Positions 1 through 14,965 of a stretch of DNA of 64,000 nt are shown here, piece after piece. Positions within the stretch are counted from its first letter, which is position 1, and each line of letters begins with the position of its first letter. Under the pieces are notes generated by a model, which saw only the letters and a list, made by a program, of their open reading frames with translations, was not told the origin of the DNA and made no database searches. Position numbers and translations under genes: made by a program. Origin of the DNA: Eledone cirrhosa (lineage: Eukaryota); assembly GCA_964016885.1 (NCBI GenBank), contig OZ024753.1, forward strand, positions 11,222,001-11,286,000. The letters are read 5' to 3'.

Positions 1-107
1 TCAAATCCCGCCGAGGTTAACTTTGCCTTTCATCCTTACGGGGTCGATAAAATAAAGTACCAGTAATGTACTGGGTAATTGCTGGCCTTGTGCCAATAGT
101 AGAAACA
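1..107 (+). mobile_element. tRNA-derived SINE with Meta-type central domain (partial)
   Basis: B-box TCAAATCC, GCCTTTCATCCTT.CGGGGTCGATAAAATAAAGTACC, 3' end GTAGAAACAA. Confidence 0.85.
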
Positions 108-1499
108 AATAAATAGAGAGAGAGAGAGTATAATAAAGAAACTATGTCGCTGGTGCTATCAGCAGCGAAAACAAGGCATAACCTGGAAGACAACGTGCTC
201 CGACAGGTTCTGTGCCTTTAGCCTTGTGGCAAACCCGGACTCCCCCCCCCATGGAGAAGAGAATTAGATAACCTAATACTGGGCTTGGCCAACAGCTTCC
301 CTTTCGTACCTATCGCCTTGGAGACCACAATGTCTTCACTCCTATTTTCCTCTACTCGTTCGAGGAAGTAGCCCTTTAAGATAGGTTGGCTGCTGCACCG
401 AGTGTTGTTGGCCATTCTCAACTGCAATCCAGGTGAAGCTGAAGCATGCCGCTCAGGCTGGGGTGAGCAATCTCTCGCTTCGTTCCCAATTCTCATTTCT
501 TTCGATGCTCAATTTCTTTTTGATTTTTCCTTTCCTTATTTGAAATATATTATTGTTATACAGACTAAACCATCGATCGCCAATATATCGGACCTCACGG
601 ACCATTACATTTATAATTTTAAACCCCGCGAACCACAAATATGAATCTTTTTAAAAAGAACCACCAATCATTTCTCTCGGGTCACTGGTTGGTGATCGCT
701 GGACTAAACAATGACTAACAAGGTATATTGTTAAGAAAATATGGCGATAAAACAATTAATCACAACCTCTCCCTTTATTGTTAAAAGAAAGTAAATTGTA
801 AAACAAGTGAAAGGTGTAGCTTATTCGTTTCGAAAATAATAAATCTTTTAATGACCTCGTCCTTATTGTCGCTATCATTACACTAAGAAAATATAACCCC
901 AGATATTGCAATATGCTGAAGAAGTTCACATTGCAACTCAGTTATTCCGAGTTCTATCACATTCTGCGACGAAGAAAACATTTTTTTTCACTTTATAGAC
1001 TTCTAAAACTGGTTATCTCTCGCATTTCAGTTCTGATCAGGCAAACTTATAATCAAATATTCCCAGCAGGACAATCCCTTCATTATTCTGATTGTACAGA
1101 GCGTTACAGTAACGAGTGTATTTCCACTAAAGATGCTGGTTATGGGGTCTGTAAAACGAGGTATATTTAGCTGCTATTTTCAGGTTTCAGCTTTAGATAT
1201 TACACTAGAGACTTCATTAGTTTTAAAAGACACTATTGCAACAGAGTGGTGTGTGTTGCGTGGTGTGCGTGTGTGGAATAGACCATTTTATGCATTGATT
1301 TCGACCAAATTGGTAGTATAAAATCACTCTCACCCATTTTTACGCGTGATACAATTGATACAGAAATAGCTTATTGAAAGTTTTAGTGGGAAATTGGCCA
1401 AAAATTGTTCCCCAAATTTAATAATTTTTTATTTTTAGATAATCAGCAATATGTTGTTCAATATTACTGAAATTTTAAAAAGTGGTGGATTCTGACAAA

Positions 1500-3175
1500 C
1501 ATTGGCAGTATCGGTAGAGGGTCGGACGCCATGCTTTCCAGCATAGTTACGTCCCTTTACGGTCTGAGTTCAAATCCCGTCGAGGTTAACTTTACCTTTG
1601 ATCCTTGCCGGGTCGATAAAATAAAGTACCAGTAATGAACTGGTACTTTAACTAAAGTACCAGTAATGAACTGGTACTTTAAATAAAGTACCAGTAATGA
1701 ACTGGTACTGGTAATTGCTGGCCTTGTGCCAAAAGTAGAAACAATTATAACGACATATCTAGCAGTATATATTTACAACCATTTATGTCGTGAGTTCAAA
1801 TCCCACCAATGTTGTCTTTGCTTTCCATCCTACTGGAATGAAATGATAAATAGCAACCACGTACAGTGGGTGATGTAGTTCTCTGTTACTTCCAACCATA
1901 TCAAATATAGTCTTGTGTAAGAAAATAATTGTTTCTACTTTAGGCACAAGGCCAGCAATTATCCAGTGCATTACTGGTACTTTATTTTATCGACCCCGCA
2001 AGGATGAAAAGCAAAGTCAACCGCGGCGGGATTTGAACTCAGATCGTAAAGGGACGTAACTATGCTGGAAAGCATGGCGTCCGACCCTCTACTGATACTG
2101 CCAATCCACCATATGCATTCGTGATAGAATAATAATAATAATAATAGTTTCATTTATTGGCCACAAGGGCCGACATATAGGGGAAAAATACAAAAGACGG
2201 GGATATTGGGGGTTCGAGAGCACCCAGGAAGAGCACCCTTCTCCTCCTCAAATTCACCCACCTACAGGCGCATGGTTAGAGTAGGCCCACTCACACGGGC
2301 CATTCTCGTCACATTCATCCACCTTTTAGCAAATGTACTGGGAGGGGGAAGCACTTCTCTCTCCACCCTCACCTTCCTTTCCAAGTGAAACTTGAAAAAG
2401 TTGATGAGGAATTGGCCGAAGAGAAATGTATCTGTCTTCAGTCCTTTTAACCTGGTCCACCATGGAAGGGGAAAGTCGATTAAATCGAACCCAGTACGTT
2501 ACTGGTACTTTCTTTTATCCACTCCGTAAGGATGAAAGACAAAGTTAACCTCGGTGGGATTTGAACTCAGAACGTAAAGGGCCATAACTCTATGCTCCAA
2601 AGCATGGTGTCCGATGCGCTACCCATACTGCCAATCCACTATAATATTATTAATATTCGATTCGTATTGTATAATTTCCCCCAACATATCAAATATAATT
2701 AAATATGAAGTGAATACAACTTTCAAAATCAATACCTTTCGAAAAGCAGGAAACAAGAAGTAATGTTTGCTATGTATGCATGGTCCCATAACGCCTGGGA
2801 TAGGGTCGTAGGGGCACCCTATTGATATAAGGCATTATTAAACCAGAGGGAGTCCATTCCCTGTCCATGTCTGAATACAGCAGATATAAGACATTTCTAG
2901 GGTATTCTTAAACCAGAGGGAGTCCATTTCCTGCCCATGTCTGAATACAGTAGATTTCTTTCAGAGAAGGTTAGAGAGTAAGAGAATGGAAGTGAAAGTA
3001 AGAGATATAGAGGAACAATCGACCCCAGTACTAGACTGGTACTATTTTAGCGACCTTGAATGGATGGATATCAAAGTTGATCTCGGCGAGATTTAAACTC
3101 AGAGAGTAGAGAATTGCAACAAATGCCGTAAAGCATTTTATCCGATATTCTAACGACTCTGCCATTTCGCCGCTT
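1500..3175. mobile_element. Cluster of Meta-type SINEs: 1500-1749 (+), 1790-1880 (+), 1925-2111 (-), 2465-2640 (-), 2790-3175 (-, old long-tailed)
   Basis: A-box TGGCAGTATCGG, B-box GTTCAAATCC, shared central domain. Confidence 0.85.
2128..2462 (-). mobile_element. 3' end of a Tx1/L1-like LINE
   Basis: Frameshifted WWTRLKGLK...FHLERKVRVERE...FAKRWMNV, then UTR, AATAAA and a (TAT)n tail. Confidence 0.6.
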
Positions 3176-3411
3176 ATACATTTGCATATTTCTACAGGTA
3201 GCATATAGACATCTCACAACTAATTAGAAGGATAATTACTAAAATAATAATTATACAAAAACAATAATCATACAAAAACAAATGAAATAACACAATGTGA
3301 TTCAAAGTATCTGTAAACACAGTCGTTCACGACAACATAATATCACCAGTTTGTGTTATATGAAGGGAATTCAGTTAGGATATGAAATGTAAAAGTACTG
3401 TTTTAAGTGAA

Positions 3412-3447
<36 letters not shown>

Positions 3448-6287
3448 AAGAGAGAGAGAGAAAAGGTGAGATTGGAAATAGCACGGAAAATATGTTTACC
3501 GGTCTGTTTTTCTTTATTTTTTCCTTTCTTTGATTTGTCAAAGTGACATTTTTGAAAAAATGAGAGGGCCAATTCTTTTAGAAAATAGTTTTATAATGTT
3601 TATAAAGTATATAAAGCATAACCGGTTTCAATGTATTAGTAAAATTCCTCTTATCAAATGTTGAATATTACAATTAAAAAGAATTAATAAGAATTAAAAA
3701 CTAAAAATTAAAGATTTAAAATTAAGTGTTGAGGTAAGTTATTTTCATCTTCCTTATGAAGCTGGAAAAGTCTCATATATATATATATATATATATAATG
3801 TATATATATTAAATAGAGAGAAATATTTATATACATTCCCTGAGGTATTATAAAAATATAAAGAAAGACATACTATTTTTTAAGTAGAAACCTGGTAAGA
3901 AAATTTACACTGCATCGAGATCCACAATGTCATATTGAAAGTCTGTCAGCCATTATACGGTTGCATGTAGATGTCTACAAAAAAAAGTATAGTAAAACTC
4001 GCGAGAATATTGGTATTTCTTTTATAATATTACAAAAGTACTTTTTTTTGGAGCAGTCTATTTCAGAAGATACTATTTTCGTTTCTCCTGCAGATAAATA
4101 ATTCTTCTATCGATCAAGGTTCAAATCTTAGAAAAAATTTATTCAACAACAGATATTTTAAATATTTTTCTGCTAAAAATGTCAGGCCACAAGACATTGA
4201 TTAACACAGTGATTCTGTTGCTATATGCTCTTACATATATATCAACTTCGTAAAACTACGTAAGAGCTGATTCTTTCTTCAATATAAATAGACGTGTCTT
4301 TGTAGTAAGGAAATAAATCAGCCACAAAACCAAATCTAAGCTTCAACAAACCATTTTAACGACAACACGAAAAACCTGTTTCATAGACTATAATACTGAA
4401 ACATACGGCGTCAGTTTCGATAATATAAAACATATGATGTGAGCTATGATATCGGGCAGCAATCCTAACTTGCTCAAAATATAACACTAGACCATAAGTA
4501 ACTATATGGTCGCTCGACCTACAAGAATTAGCAGCTAACTACTACCGCCATAAAAAAGATGGAACATATTGGATAGCTTCAGTGACATAATACATAGAAG
4601 CATCTAAGTGATACCTCATTTAACTAAAAATAGCAGCCAAATCTCCCTTAAATTCCACATTACCGTCAGAAATATGTTGATATCTAAGATTATACTATAT
4701 AACAGGCATGTCAAACATGTGACCCGCGGGCTTCATGCGGACCTTTACAAGCACAATTGCGGCCTTCGCAAAGGTTTTTACAGCGGGAGGAGCATGTTTT
4801 ATCTTCGTAAAATTACTTGTAATGTGCGCAAATAGTTGTCGTGTGTGGCCTTCAGACAACACATATATGGCCCATGTGGGCCCCTTGGGATCCTTAGTTT
4901 TACATGCCTGCTATATAACGTGATCTTCGATACTCAATACTTTGATAAAAAAGGGAATGTCGAAGCTGGAATGATTATGACAATATATATACTTAAACAA
5001 GGTGGCAAATATGCGGAGTCGTTAGAACGTCGGATAGAATGCTTTTGCAGTATTCGTTTCGGCTTTCTGCTCTCTGAGTTCAAATTCCACCGAGGTGATC
5101 TTTGCTTTTCATTCATTCGAGGTCGATAAAATAAGTACCAGTCAAGTACTGGGGGTCGATTCATCCACTATATCTCTCATCCTCATTTCCATTCTCTTAC
5201 TCTATCCTTCTCTGGAAGAAATCTGCTGTAATTAGACCTGGGGATGAGATGGGCTCTGCCAGGTTTTAAAACTGTCCAAGACACGTCGTATATTAATATG
5301 ACACCCATGCGACTCCCCCGGAAGTTTCGAAACCATGCATACTTAAACAACAACACACTCTGGAATATAGCGTATATGTTGTCACTAGGTCTGCCAGAAA
5401 TAAGAGTTAAGGTTAGAATTAACAACATTATCGAAAACAGATTTGAAGTTGGAGAGACCAATTACTGCACTAGCCTTTTCAAATATTCGTTGCATAAGTC
5501 GAGCACCTCTCATCATTTGTTGCATAAGTCGAGCCCCTCTCATCATTCGTTGCATAAGGCGAGCCAGTGAAGGCACCTGGCTTAGTGGTTTAGGTATTCG
5601 GCTCAAGATCATGAATTTGCGAGTTCAATTCCTACCGATATGTGGTATTCTTGAGCAAGAAATTATATTTTACGTTGCCCCAGTCCACTCTGATATCTAT
5701 TTGTAATTCAAAGGGATAGCCTTGTCACACATTGTGCTATACTAAATCTCCCTAAGAATTACACAAATTAAGGCTACACAAATCCGTGGAATGCTTAGCT
5801 ACTTGCAGGTTAATTTAACAAGCCGGTCGTTCCTTTGATCAAACAACTGTTACATTTATCGCCGAAATCGACATCGGTTCAATATAATAACCCCTTGGCC
5901 AAATGAAAATAATTTAAAATAGTATTTTATATACTTTTAGGTGACTAAAACGTTTTTTGTTTTTGTTTTTATAACGAAATTTCGTTTTAGCATTTCAACA
6001 GGAATGGTATCCATTGTTGATTGATTCATCTAACAATTTGCAATTTAATTTTGTAGATTGCCACCTTTTCAGGTATTACACAATGAGATTACAAATATAT
6101 TCACTCCATTTTAGACATCACACTTCAATTTCGGTCACTTATTCAAAGTAGGTTTCTCATGGGTCTCGTAATAAGGAAGAATTCTGGTTAAGTTTGTGAC
6201 AGATTAACATGAAAGGCACTTTCCATAATCCTTCATCTATTCCATTACATCCCCTTTCGTTTTCACATGTCCCTGCTTCTCTCTCTC

Positions 6288-6356
<69 letters not shown>

Positions 6357-6999
6357 CATATGTGCATGTATATGTATATGAGTGTATATATATATGTATA
6401 TATGTGTGTGTGTTTGTGCATTTATATGCTTGTGTATGCATGCTATTTTAGTAATCAATCTACAGTCATTCCACCCTGAAGCCATTAATTTAACTTAATA
6501 TCTAGTAAAGCTCTCCTTTCATGTATCTTTTTCTCTCTTTCCCTGTTTATGGAACTAATTAACTAATTTATCTGTCAAAGCATTCATTCATTCATATAAC
6601 CGACTTTCAAAGTACCAACCAAACAAATTACTTGTCCAATTCCACTTGACTGTAATTGCTGCATACAGTACGCTCAGACACAGAAATGTGCAACTCTTTG
6701 GCTCTATATTCTAGCCAAACGGGTTACCTGTATGTGGTCACTAGAAATGCTAGAAATACCTGCTATTTCTTTTCCAAATTCAACTTACTGGCTTGAAATA
6801 TGTCATGTAAAATGTCGTCCTTGATAAACTGTCTTGGAAAAAGCCGCAATATTTACTGTTTTATAAGAAGCCCCCGATTCACCCAATCTTGGTTCTGTTA
6901 TTGCTAAGAAGTAACAACTATCTATTAATTTATTTCCTGCCATATATAGTGTAAAGACACATATCAACAAATTACAGAAGTGTATAAAGTTGTATGGTT

Positions 7000-8052
7000 G
7001 TGTTTATATTATACACCCGTGCATTTGTCAGCTTGTCTATATATTATACATCCATGCATTTGTCAGCTTGTATATATATTATACATCCATGCATTTGTCA
7101 GCTTGTATATATATTATACACGCATGTATTTGTCAGCTTGTATATATATTATACATCCATGCATTTGTCAGCTTGTATATATATTATACACGCAAGCATT
7201 TGTCAGCTTATATATATATTATACACGCATGCATTTGACAGCTTGTATATATATTATACATCCATGCATTTGTCTGCTTGTATATATGTTATACATCCAT
7301 GCATTTGTCAGCTTGTATATATATATTATATACGCATGCATTTGTCAGCTTGTATATATGTTATTCACCCATGCATTTGTCAGCTTGTATATATGTTATA
7401 CACGCATGCATTTGTCAGCTTGTATATATATTATACACGCATGCATTTGTCAGCTTGTATATATATTATACACGCATGCATTTGTCAGCTTGTATATATG
7501 TTATACACGCATGTATTTGTCAGCTTGTATATATATTATACACGCATGCATTTGTCAGCTTGTATAATGTTTTACACCCATGCATTTGTCAGCTTGTATA
7601 TATATTATACACGCATGCATTTGTCAGCTTGTATAATGTTTTACACCCATTCATTTGTCAGCTTGTATATATATTATACACGCATGCATTTGTCTGCTTG
7701 TATATATATTATACACGCATGCATTTGTCAGCTTGTATATATATTATACACGCATGCATTTGTCAGCTTGTATATATATATTATACACGCATGCATTTGT
7801 CTGCTTGTATATATATTATACACGCATGCATTTGTCAGCTTGTATATATATTATACACGCATGCATTTGTCAGCTTGTATATATATTATACACACATGCA
7901 TTTGTCAGCTTGTATATATATTATACATCCATGCATTTGTCTGCTTGTATATATATTATACACACATGCATTTGTCAGCTTGTATATATATTATACACAC
8001 ATGCATTTGTCAGCTTGTATATATATTATACATCCATGCATTTGTCAGCTTT
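7000..8052. repeat. 35-bp minisatellite, about 30 copies
   Basis: Unit TATATATATTATACACGCATGCATTTGTCAGCTTG. Confidence 0.95.
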
Positions 8053-8619
8053 TGTAAGCGTGTATATGCATTTTAAAAGCATACATTTGTATGCGCTGTA
8101 TATATATAATACATGTACGTATATATATATATAATATATGCTGTATACATATAATTCATACATCCATACATTTGTCAGCTTTAGTAAGGGTGTATATGCA
8201 TTTTAAAAGCATACATTTGTATGCGATGTATATATATAATACATGCATGAATTAGTAAGAGTTTAACACGCATGAATTAGTAAGCGTGTATATGCATTCT
8301 ACAAGAATGCATTTGTATGCGTTGTGTGTACAATGCCATATATAGTAAGCTGTTAACGCATGAGATATCAGTTCTTCAGAGGAAGCTTCACCCATGCCTC
8401 TGACACATCCTTATGGTTTCATATGCCCACCGACATACGAACCAAATTGCTCCTTCCCAGTTCAAGAAATATATTCTCAGATAGAAGAGTTTAGATTCTT
8501 TAGGATCGAAAGTCTACAATGTTTTTACCAGATCTATGAATTTTAAAATTGCACAAGGTAGTAATTTTGTATAAAAAAAAAAGAAACATGATATAATGAT
8601 ATATATTCGACAAACAGAG

Positions 8620-9350
8620 CAGGTTTCAGCCAGGCATAACTTATTAATTTGAAAGGAATCATACTGTTAGCTGTGTATTCTTCCATGATGGTTTTCTAAT
8701 TTCTTATTTCCTTCAGTGAAATATACATTGAGTTCTCCTTTTTAATGAATAGCTGTCCACACAATTTCGTGTAATTAATTATATATGTGGTATTCTAAGT
8801 GTCTTCAGATTCCTTCAGGAGTAGTATTGTCTCTGACATTGAAATATACTGAAGAGATTTCATCTTGAATAATTTATTGATTATTATTTGTTTTGGATTG
8901 GCAGTATCGGTAGAGGGTCAGACACCATGCTTTCCAGCATAGTTACGTCCCTTTACGATCTGAGTTCAAATCCCGCCGAGGTTGACTTTGCCTTTCATCC
9001 TTACGAGGTCGATAAAATAAAGTACCAGTAATGCACTGGGATAATTGATGGCCTTGTGCCAAAAGTAGAAACAATTATTTGTTTAATCAATTTGAATATT
9101 CACACCATCCTAGCACTTATGCATATATTGAAACATATTTCCTTGATTTTAATGAAGAACATATGTCTATATTGATATTCCAGTTAAACGTGAAGGTGAG
9201 GGAATTATTGTAAGGAGATATTCGTTTCATGCTAATTTGTAGAGGTATTCGGTAATTTACTACAGCGGTCATTGCATTTACTTGAGTATTGTTCTTGAAT
9301 CCCACGCATGCGCCATTAAGGTTTAGATTACAACAAGAATTGTGAATCAT
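8620..9350 (-). pseudogene. Possible highly degraded Penelope GIY-YIG endonuclease region, interrupted by a SINE
   Basis: Short motif relics NLNGAC, SWK and KLCLAE occur in the order expected for PLE CPLxGxC...WK...CxLCLxE; frameshifted. Confidence 0.3.
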
Positions 9351-11655
9351 ACATTTCTTAACAGGTTTGTGAAATCTCTGTTTCCGCGGAGTGCAGTATC
9401 CTATCCCCCTGCCCTAGGCCCAAAACCCAATCCACCTCCTCCTCACCTCTCTCTTCTGCGACACCAGAGCTCTTGCCATCCTCATTCTTTCCCGTTCTTT
9501 TTCCTCTCTCTCCCCCCTCTCTCTCTTTTACTATATTTCCCTTTCTTTCTTTCCTATTATTTCCCCTTTTTCTATTTTTCCTTACAAAATAAGGTTTGTC
9601 ATTTGCTTTTAAATAAATCTGTTTTTATGTTTACTAGCAGAAAAACCACCCTTCGTGTGGTTTTCTACTAGCAAGTGTAGTGTGTATATTGATATTATAC
9701 GCAGGTATATATACATGTAGATATGATACATCAAATAAAATCGTAATTGACAAAATATAATACATAGAAATTGAACGAAGACTGCGTTTCACAGTCTTAT
9801 TTAATCAGTAACGTAATTCATGATACATTAAAAAAGACGATATTATATATAAACTGCATTAGGAGAAAATTAGTATGTTTATTTAAGCGATGGCCAACCG
9901 AAGTGTTGACATTTCAGAAATTTTAAAGAAGTGAATCTTTAAATAAACAAAATATATTTAATCAACAGCCACGAAATATAATAAATTATGTAATATTCAT
10001 TCATTATTTATTCGAGGTTGACTTTGCCTTTCATCCTTACGGGGTCGATAAAATAAAGTACCAGTAATGCACTGGGTAATTGCTGGCCTTGTGCCTAAAG
10101 TAGAAACAATTATTTATTCAAAGTAATCCAACTTATTTTACTAATGGGATAACAAATTATAAACCGTACGCAGTCCCGCATTTCTTACTTTATTATAGTT
10201 TAGATAGATAAGTTTTATCTTCGTCTATTTTGACTCGGTTATTAAATTGAACTTGCACAAGACTATCAAAACATGAGAATCAAGTAATCGTCGTTTCTAG
10301 AATTCTCTAAATGAGAAGTTCTATCTCAGGTTACTGTTTATTCAGGTTACTGTTTATTTGTGGACGCCATATTAATTACTGTCATTGGGACCACCTGTTG
10401 AGTGTTTTTATTTTTATCTTCTCATATTCCTCATGCATAACTATAAACACTATATAAACAGTGGATCTGACGTAAAGTGGTTGCAATTTCAGGGTTTGCT
10501 ATTTCAGTAGTTTGGCCTGTAATGTTGCCATTTTCAGTGGAAAATGGATAGATCTTATGATAATAGATTTGGCAACGAGTAGAATATCAATACATCCTCC
10601 GGCATTGAACACGAGATAGCTGAATTTCTACTAACGCAAAAGAAAGTGCTGAGTTATAAGATCAAATGATAACATTAAATATTGTGATTTGGCAGTATCG
10701 GTAGAGGGTCGGACGCCATGCTTTGACGCATAGAGTTCAAATCCCGCCGAGGTTAACATTGCCTTTCATCCTTACGGGGTCGATAAAATAAAGTACCAGT
10801 AATGTACTGGGTAATTGCTGGCCATCTGCCAATAGTAGAAACCTTCGAATAGAATGCTTTGTAGTATATGTTCCGGCTGTCAGCTCTCAATTTCAAATCC
10901 CGCCGAAGTCAACTTTGCCTTTCATTTATTCTAGGTTGATAAAAATGTACCAGTCTAGTTCTGGGGCCGATTCTGTATAATGTATGGACATTATTTCACA
11001 CACATGGCGGGCGGTGGAGTGGCAGTATCGGTAGAGGGTCGGTCGCCATGCTTTACTGCAAAGAGTTACGGCACTTTATGATCTGAGTTCAAATCCTGCC
11101 GAGGTTAACTTTTCCTTTCATCCTTACGGGGTCGATAAAATAAAGTACCCGTAATGCACTGGTTAATTGCTGGCCTTGTGCCAAAAGTAGAAACAATTAT
11201 TTCACATACATGGCGGGCGGTGGATTGACAGTATCGGTAGAGGGTCGGTCGCCATGCTTTACTGCAAAGAGTTACGGCCCTTTATGATCTGAATTCAAAT
11301 CCCGTCGAGGTTAACTTTGCCTTTCATCCTTACGGGGTTGATAAAATAAAGTACCAGTAATACACTGGGATAATTGCTGGCCTTGTGCCAAAAGTTCAAA
11401 CAATTATTTCACACACATGAGCACTACAGTGTGTGCATGTGTGTGTGTTTCTGTGCGTGTGTTTATATAGTACAATATTTTACGATTCTGCGTTACGTAT
11501 GTTTCTATTTCTACCTATCTTCTGGTGAAGCTCTGCTGTCCGAAACGTTAATACACTTTTCCTGGTATTTCAAGCGTTAGAATAATATACTTCTTCAATG
11601 CTCTCAGTCATTTGCTTTGTTATTTCTGTTTACCTTTTACACACACACTCACACA

Positions 11656-11744
<89 letters not shown>

Positions 11745-11899
11745 AGAAATATGGTAAGGAACCAGGTGGACCATAACGCACCAAAGTACTCAATACTTAG
11801 GGTAGTAGAGTGGGTAATAGGATCGAGTAGGACCCCGACGGCTAATTCTGAATTAGCCGTCGAAACGGCTTGAGCTCAGCCGTCGGGGTCCTACTCGTT

Positions 11900-11944
<45 letters not shown>

Positions 11945-12860
11945 TGAAACACTTTAAGTTTGTCGAGTGTTTTATCCTTATGAGATCTAATACCTCGGAA
12001 AGTTTCGACAATTGATCCAAAAATTAATATTCCCCATGCAACTTAATAGTGAGCGATTAATTCTAAATTTCTTGATATTATCTTGCCTTTGATTTGATCG
12101 TCTTTTATTTTCCCCCAAACTAAGAGGAATATTTTAATAAATATATTTTCCTTTGATACAACATTCACTACATTACCCATGATAATTGTTTCTACTTTTG
12201 GCACAAGGCCAGCAATTACCCAGTGCATTACCCATGATAATATTTATTAAATTGACTATCTTGTTCAAAGAAAGTTTCAGAATTTCTTTTGGAACTAAAA
12301 ATAAATATAATTGTTATAAAATAGTTTCTGATTTAGGCACAAGGTCAGCAATTTTGGGGGAGAAGAAAGTCGACATCAGTGCCTGCCTGGTACTTTATTT
12401 TATCGACCCCGTAAGGATGAAAGGCAAAGTTAACTCCGTCGGGATTTGAACTGAGATATAAAGGGCCGTAACTCTATGCTGCAAAACATGGCGTCAGACC
12501 TCCTACCGATACTGCCAATCCCCGGCCCTTATAATTGTTATAAAATAAAAGCAACATCAACCACAACACTCTGCTCCTTCTCTTCCACCACTAAATACTT
12601 TTTGTGCCACCCCACTCGCACCACATCATTATCGTAATTGGCAAGGGCGGTGGATTGGCAGTATTGGTAGAGGGTCGGACGCCATAATTTGCAGCATAGA
12701 GTTACGGCCCTTTATGGTCTGAGTTCAAATCCCGCCGAGGTTAACTTTGCCTTTCATCCTTACGGAGTCGATAAAATAAAGTACCAGTCACACACTGGAG
12801 TCGATTTAATTGACTTTCCCCTCCCCCAAAATTGATGGCCTTGCGCCTATATGTGAAACC
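8895..12860. mobile_element. Meta-type SINEs at 8895-9078, 10013-10113, 10688-10843, 10845-10975, 11010-11200, 11216-11407 and 12646-12860 (+); 12183-12230 and 12325-12521 (-)
   Basis: Same consensus; several have ATTAT-initiated TSDs. Confidence 0.85.
11740..11902. mobile_element. PLE-like terminal-repeat remnant, family A, inverted arms between (TA)n tracts
   Basis: Inverted long arm plus the HHR 3' half (GAAACGGCTTGAGCTCAGCCGTC); (TA)n on both sides. Confidence 0.65.
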
Positions 12861-13039
12861 CTTATCGTAAATAACAACAACAACATCAACATCAGCAACA
12901 TCTGCAATATTAGCCACAAAGAATCTACACCAATAGCAACATTTAACACGTTTGTTTGATTATAGATGTAACATTTCCCCTCATCTTAAACATAGCGCCG
13001 CAATATTTTCATCGAGAATGTAAACAATTTTCTCCTTAC

Positions 13040-13159
13040 CTCATCAGAGGTTATAGAAAAGAACAAAACAAAAATACTTTCGATAAAATGCCAATGCAGC
13101 AGTATTGTAAAGAAGAAGATGAAGGAGAAGAAAGAAAGAAAAAAGAACATCCATCTCAT
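13040..13159 (-). CDS. Candidate first exon of an unidentified gene (hydrophobic N-terminus or 5' UTR exon)
   Basis: MRWMFFFLSFFSFIFFFTILLHWHFIESIFVLFFSITSDE followed by the strong donor GAG|GTAAGG, inside a repeat-free island; TGACGTC at about 13875 upstream. Confidence 0.3.
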
Positions 13160-14569
13160 TCAGTTGTTTAGAATGTTAAACTTTAAACAAGAACTGTTTC
13201 TTAACTTATACTACTTCTCACTGATAAAGCTTATAGTCATTTCATAACAGGCACCAACATAACAAATAATAAGCAGAATATTAATAACACTAATAATTAT
13301 AAAAATATTAAAATAAAATACAACCAGTAAAAGATTATGAGAGATAAAAGAACAAGAAAATTGCCCAAGGCAAGAAAATACCATTTTTTCTGGAGTGAAT
13401 AGAATTCTTTTTTCATTATTGTTGTTTTCTTTCTAGAATGTTCTTTTCCTTTGTCAACATCACAGCTACAAATACTAGTGAACACAATAAATATCAGACA
13501 CACTCAAGCATTACAACTACTTTTACAGTAACTTAACAAACAATAGAAACCTCAATACCACCTTCTAACAAAATAGCAAAGAATCCATTGATTCAAAATA
13601 TTTCCAAGAAAGAAACAAAACAAAAAAAAACAAAACGAAGAAACCACAAAAAAAAAAAGAAAAAAGATATGAATGAACAAATATAGAAGTAAATAAATAC
13701 ATAAAACTTATAACGTAAGTTGACTTTATAGTTATTCTCAAATGAATTCATATTGATACAGAACAAAATTCTCTGCGAAGGGAGTGGAATGTTTCAATTA
13801 AATACACTCTTTTGAAATTATTCGGTGTCTTTTGAGACACTAAATGTTTTTGAAATATTCTGGATAAGCTCAGTGACGTCGTGGCTGTTTATTTTCCCAT
13901 CCTGTCGTGTTATTTTATTAAGAATGTAATGGACAGTTTATCAGAATAAAGTGAGATTTCAAACATTTACGCTGTTTTATTTGTTTGATCAACAAAATTT
14001 TACAAATATTTTCTCATCACTATATTATCATTTTTCTTACACTATACACCAACAACAGATCGTTTCAAAAAGGCGGTTAGAAAACAATAAAATTATGTTT
14101 ATTGTGTGTACCCTGGTAAACCTATCTCGAATATTTTACTAAATTCCTCGTGCATTGTTAAAATTTCTATTGAAATTTTGTTTGTCAGCATATAATGAAA
14201 TATCTTCGTTATATGATATTATAGAAGATGAAAGAAAAATGGAAACAAAATGTTATCACAGATTTATAACATACTTTAAATGTAATTAACAAGAATATTT
14301 AAGAGAAACTTTCACTTTTAATCTTATCGACACACGAATAAAATCTTGTTAAAGCCATGCCTTTTATTGGCTTTCCCTCAAACTTTCAAAAATAGATAAT
14401 GTTCTATTGTGGCTTATTTTGTTGCAATTTTGTGTTAATTATTTTATTTCACTCGTAGCTTTACGTGAGTGAGAGCATGGACATCCACTCATTAGCACGT
14501 TCTCAATTTATACGTTAATGATGTAAGAGAAACTGTCGTCAGACATCATACCATTTTTTATGTATGATC

Positions 14570-14930
14570 CAGTGGCGAAGGGTAACCTGGAAAGTAGGGC
14601 ATGCAGTCCAATCGCCATGGCGAAAAGTGGGGCTGTGCAGCATTAACCCCCCCGCACAATTCCCTCTAAATGACCCTCCCGGTCAAAGCTGCATGTAGTG
14701 TTATCTAGTGTGTGTGTGTGTGTTTATGTGTGTGTGTGTGTGTATGTGTGTGTGTGTTATCTTTTTATGTGTCTACGATTTAGTAAGCAGTCAAAATTCT
14801 GCTTGCCCCAAAGCTGTCGTGTGTTTGTGTGTATGTGTGTGTGTGTTATCTTTTTGTGTGTCTACGATTTAGTAAGCAGTCAAAATTCTGCTTGCCCCAA
14901 AGCTGTCGTGTGTTTGTGTGTATGTGTGTT

Positions 14931-14965
<35 letters not shown>

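Noticed and set aside
140-490. GC-richer segment with a 92-aa minus-strand ORF
   Set aside because: No recognisable domain or splice signals; probably an old TE fragment.
1500-1580. tRNA gene (A and B boxes)
   Set aside because: It is the tRNA-derived head of a SINE and continues into the central domain.
6980-8134. Long ORFs of up to 360 aa
   Set aside because: Product of a 35-bp minisatellite that is open in all frames.
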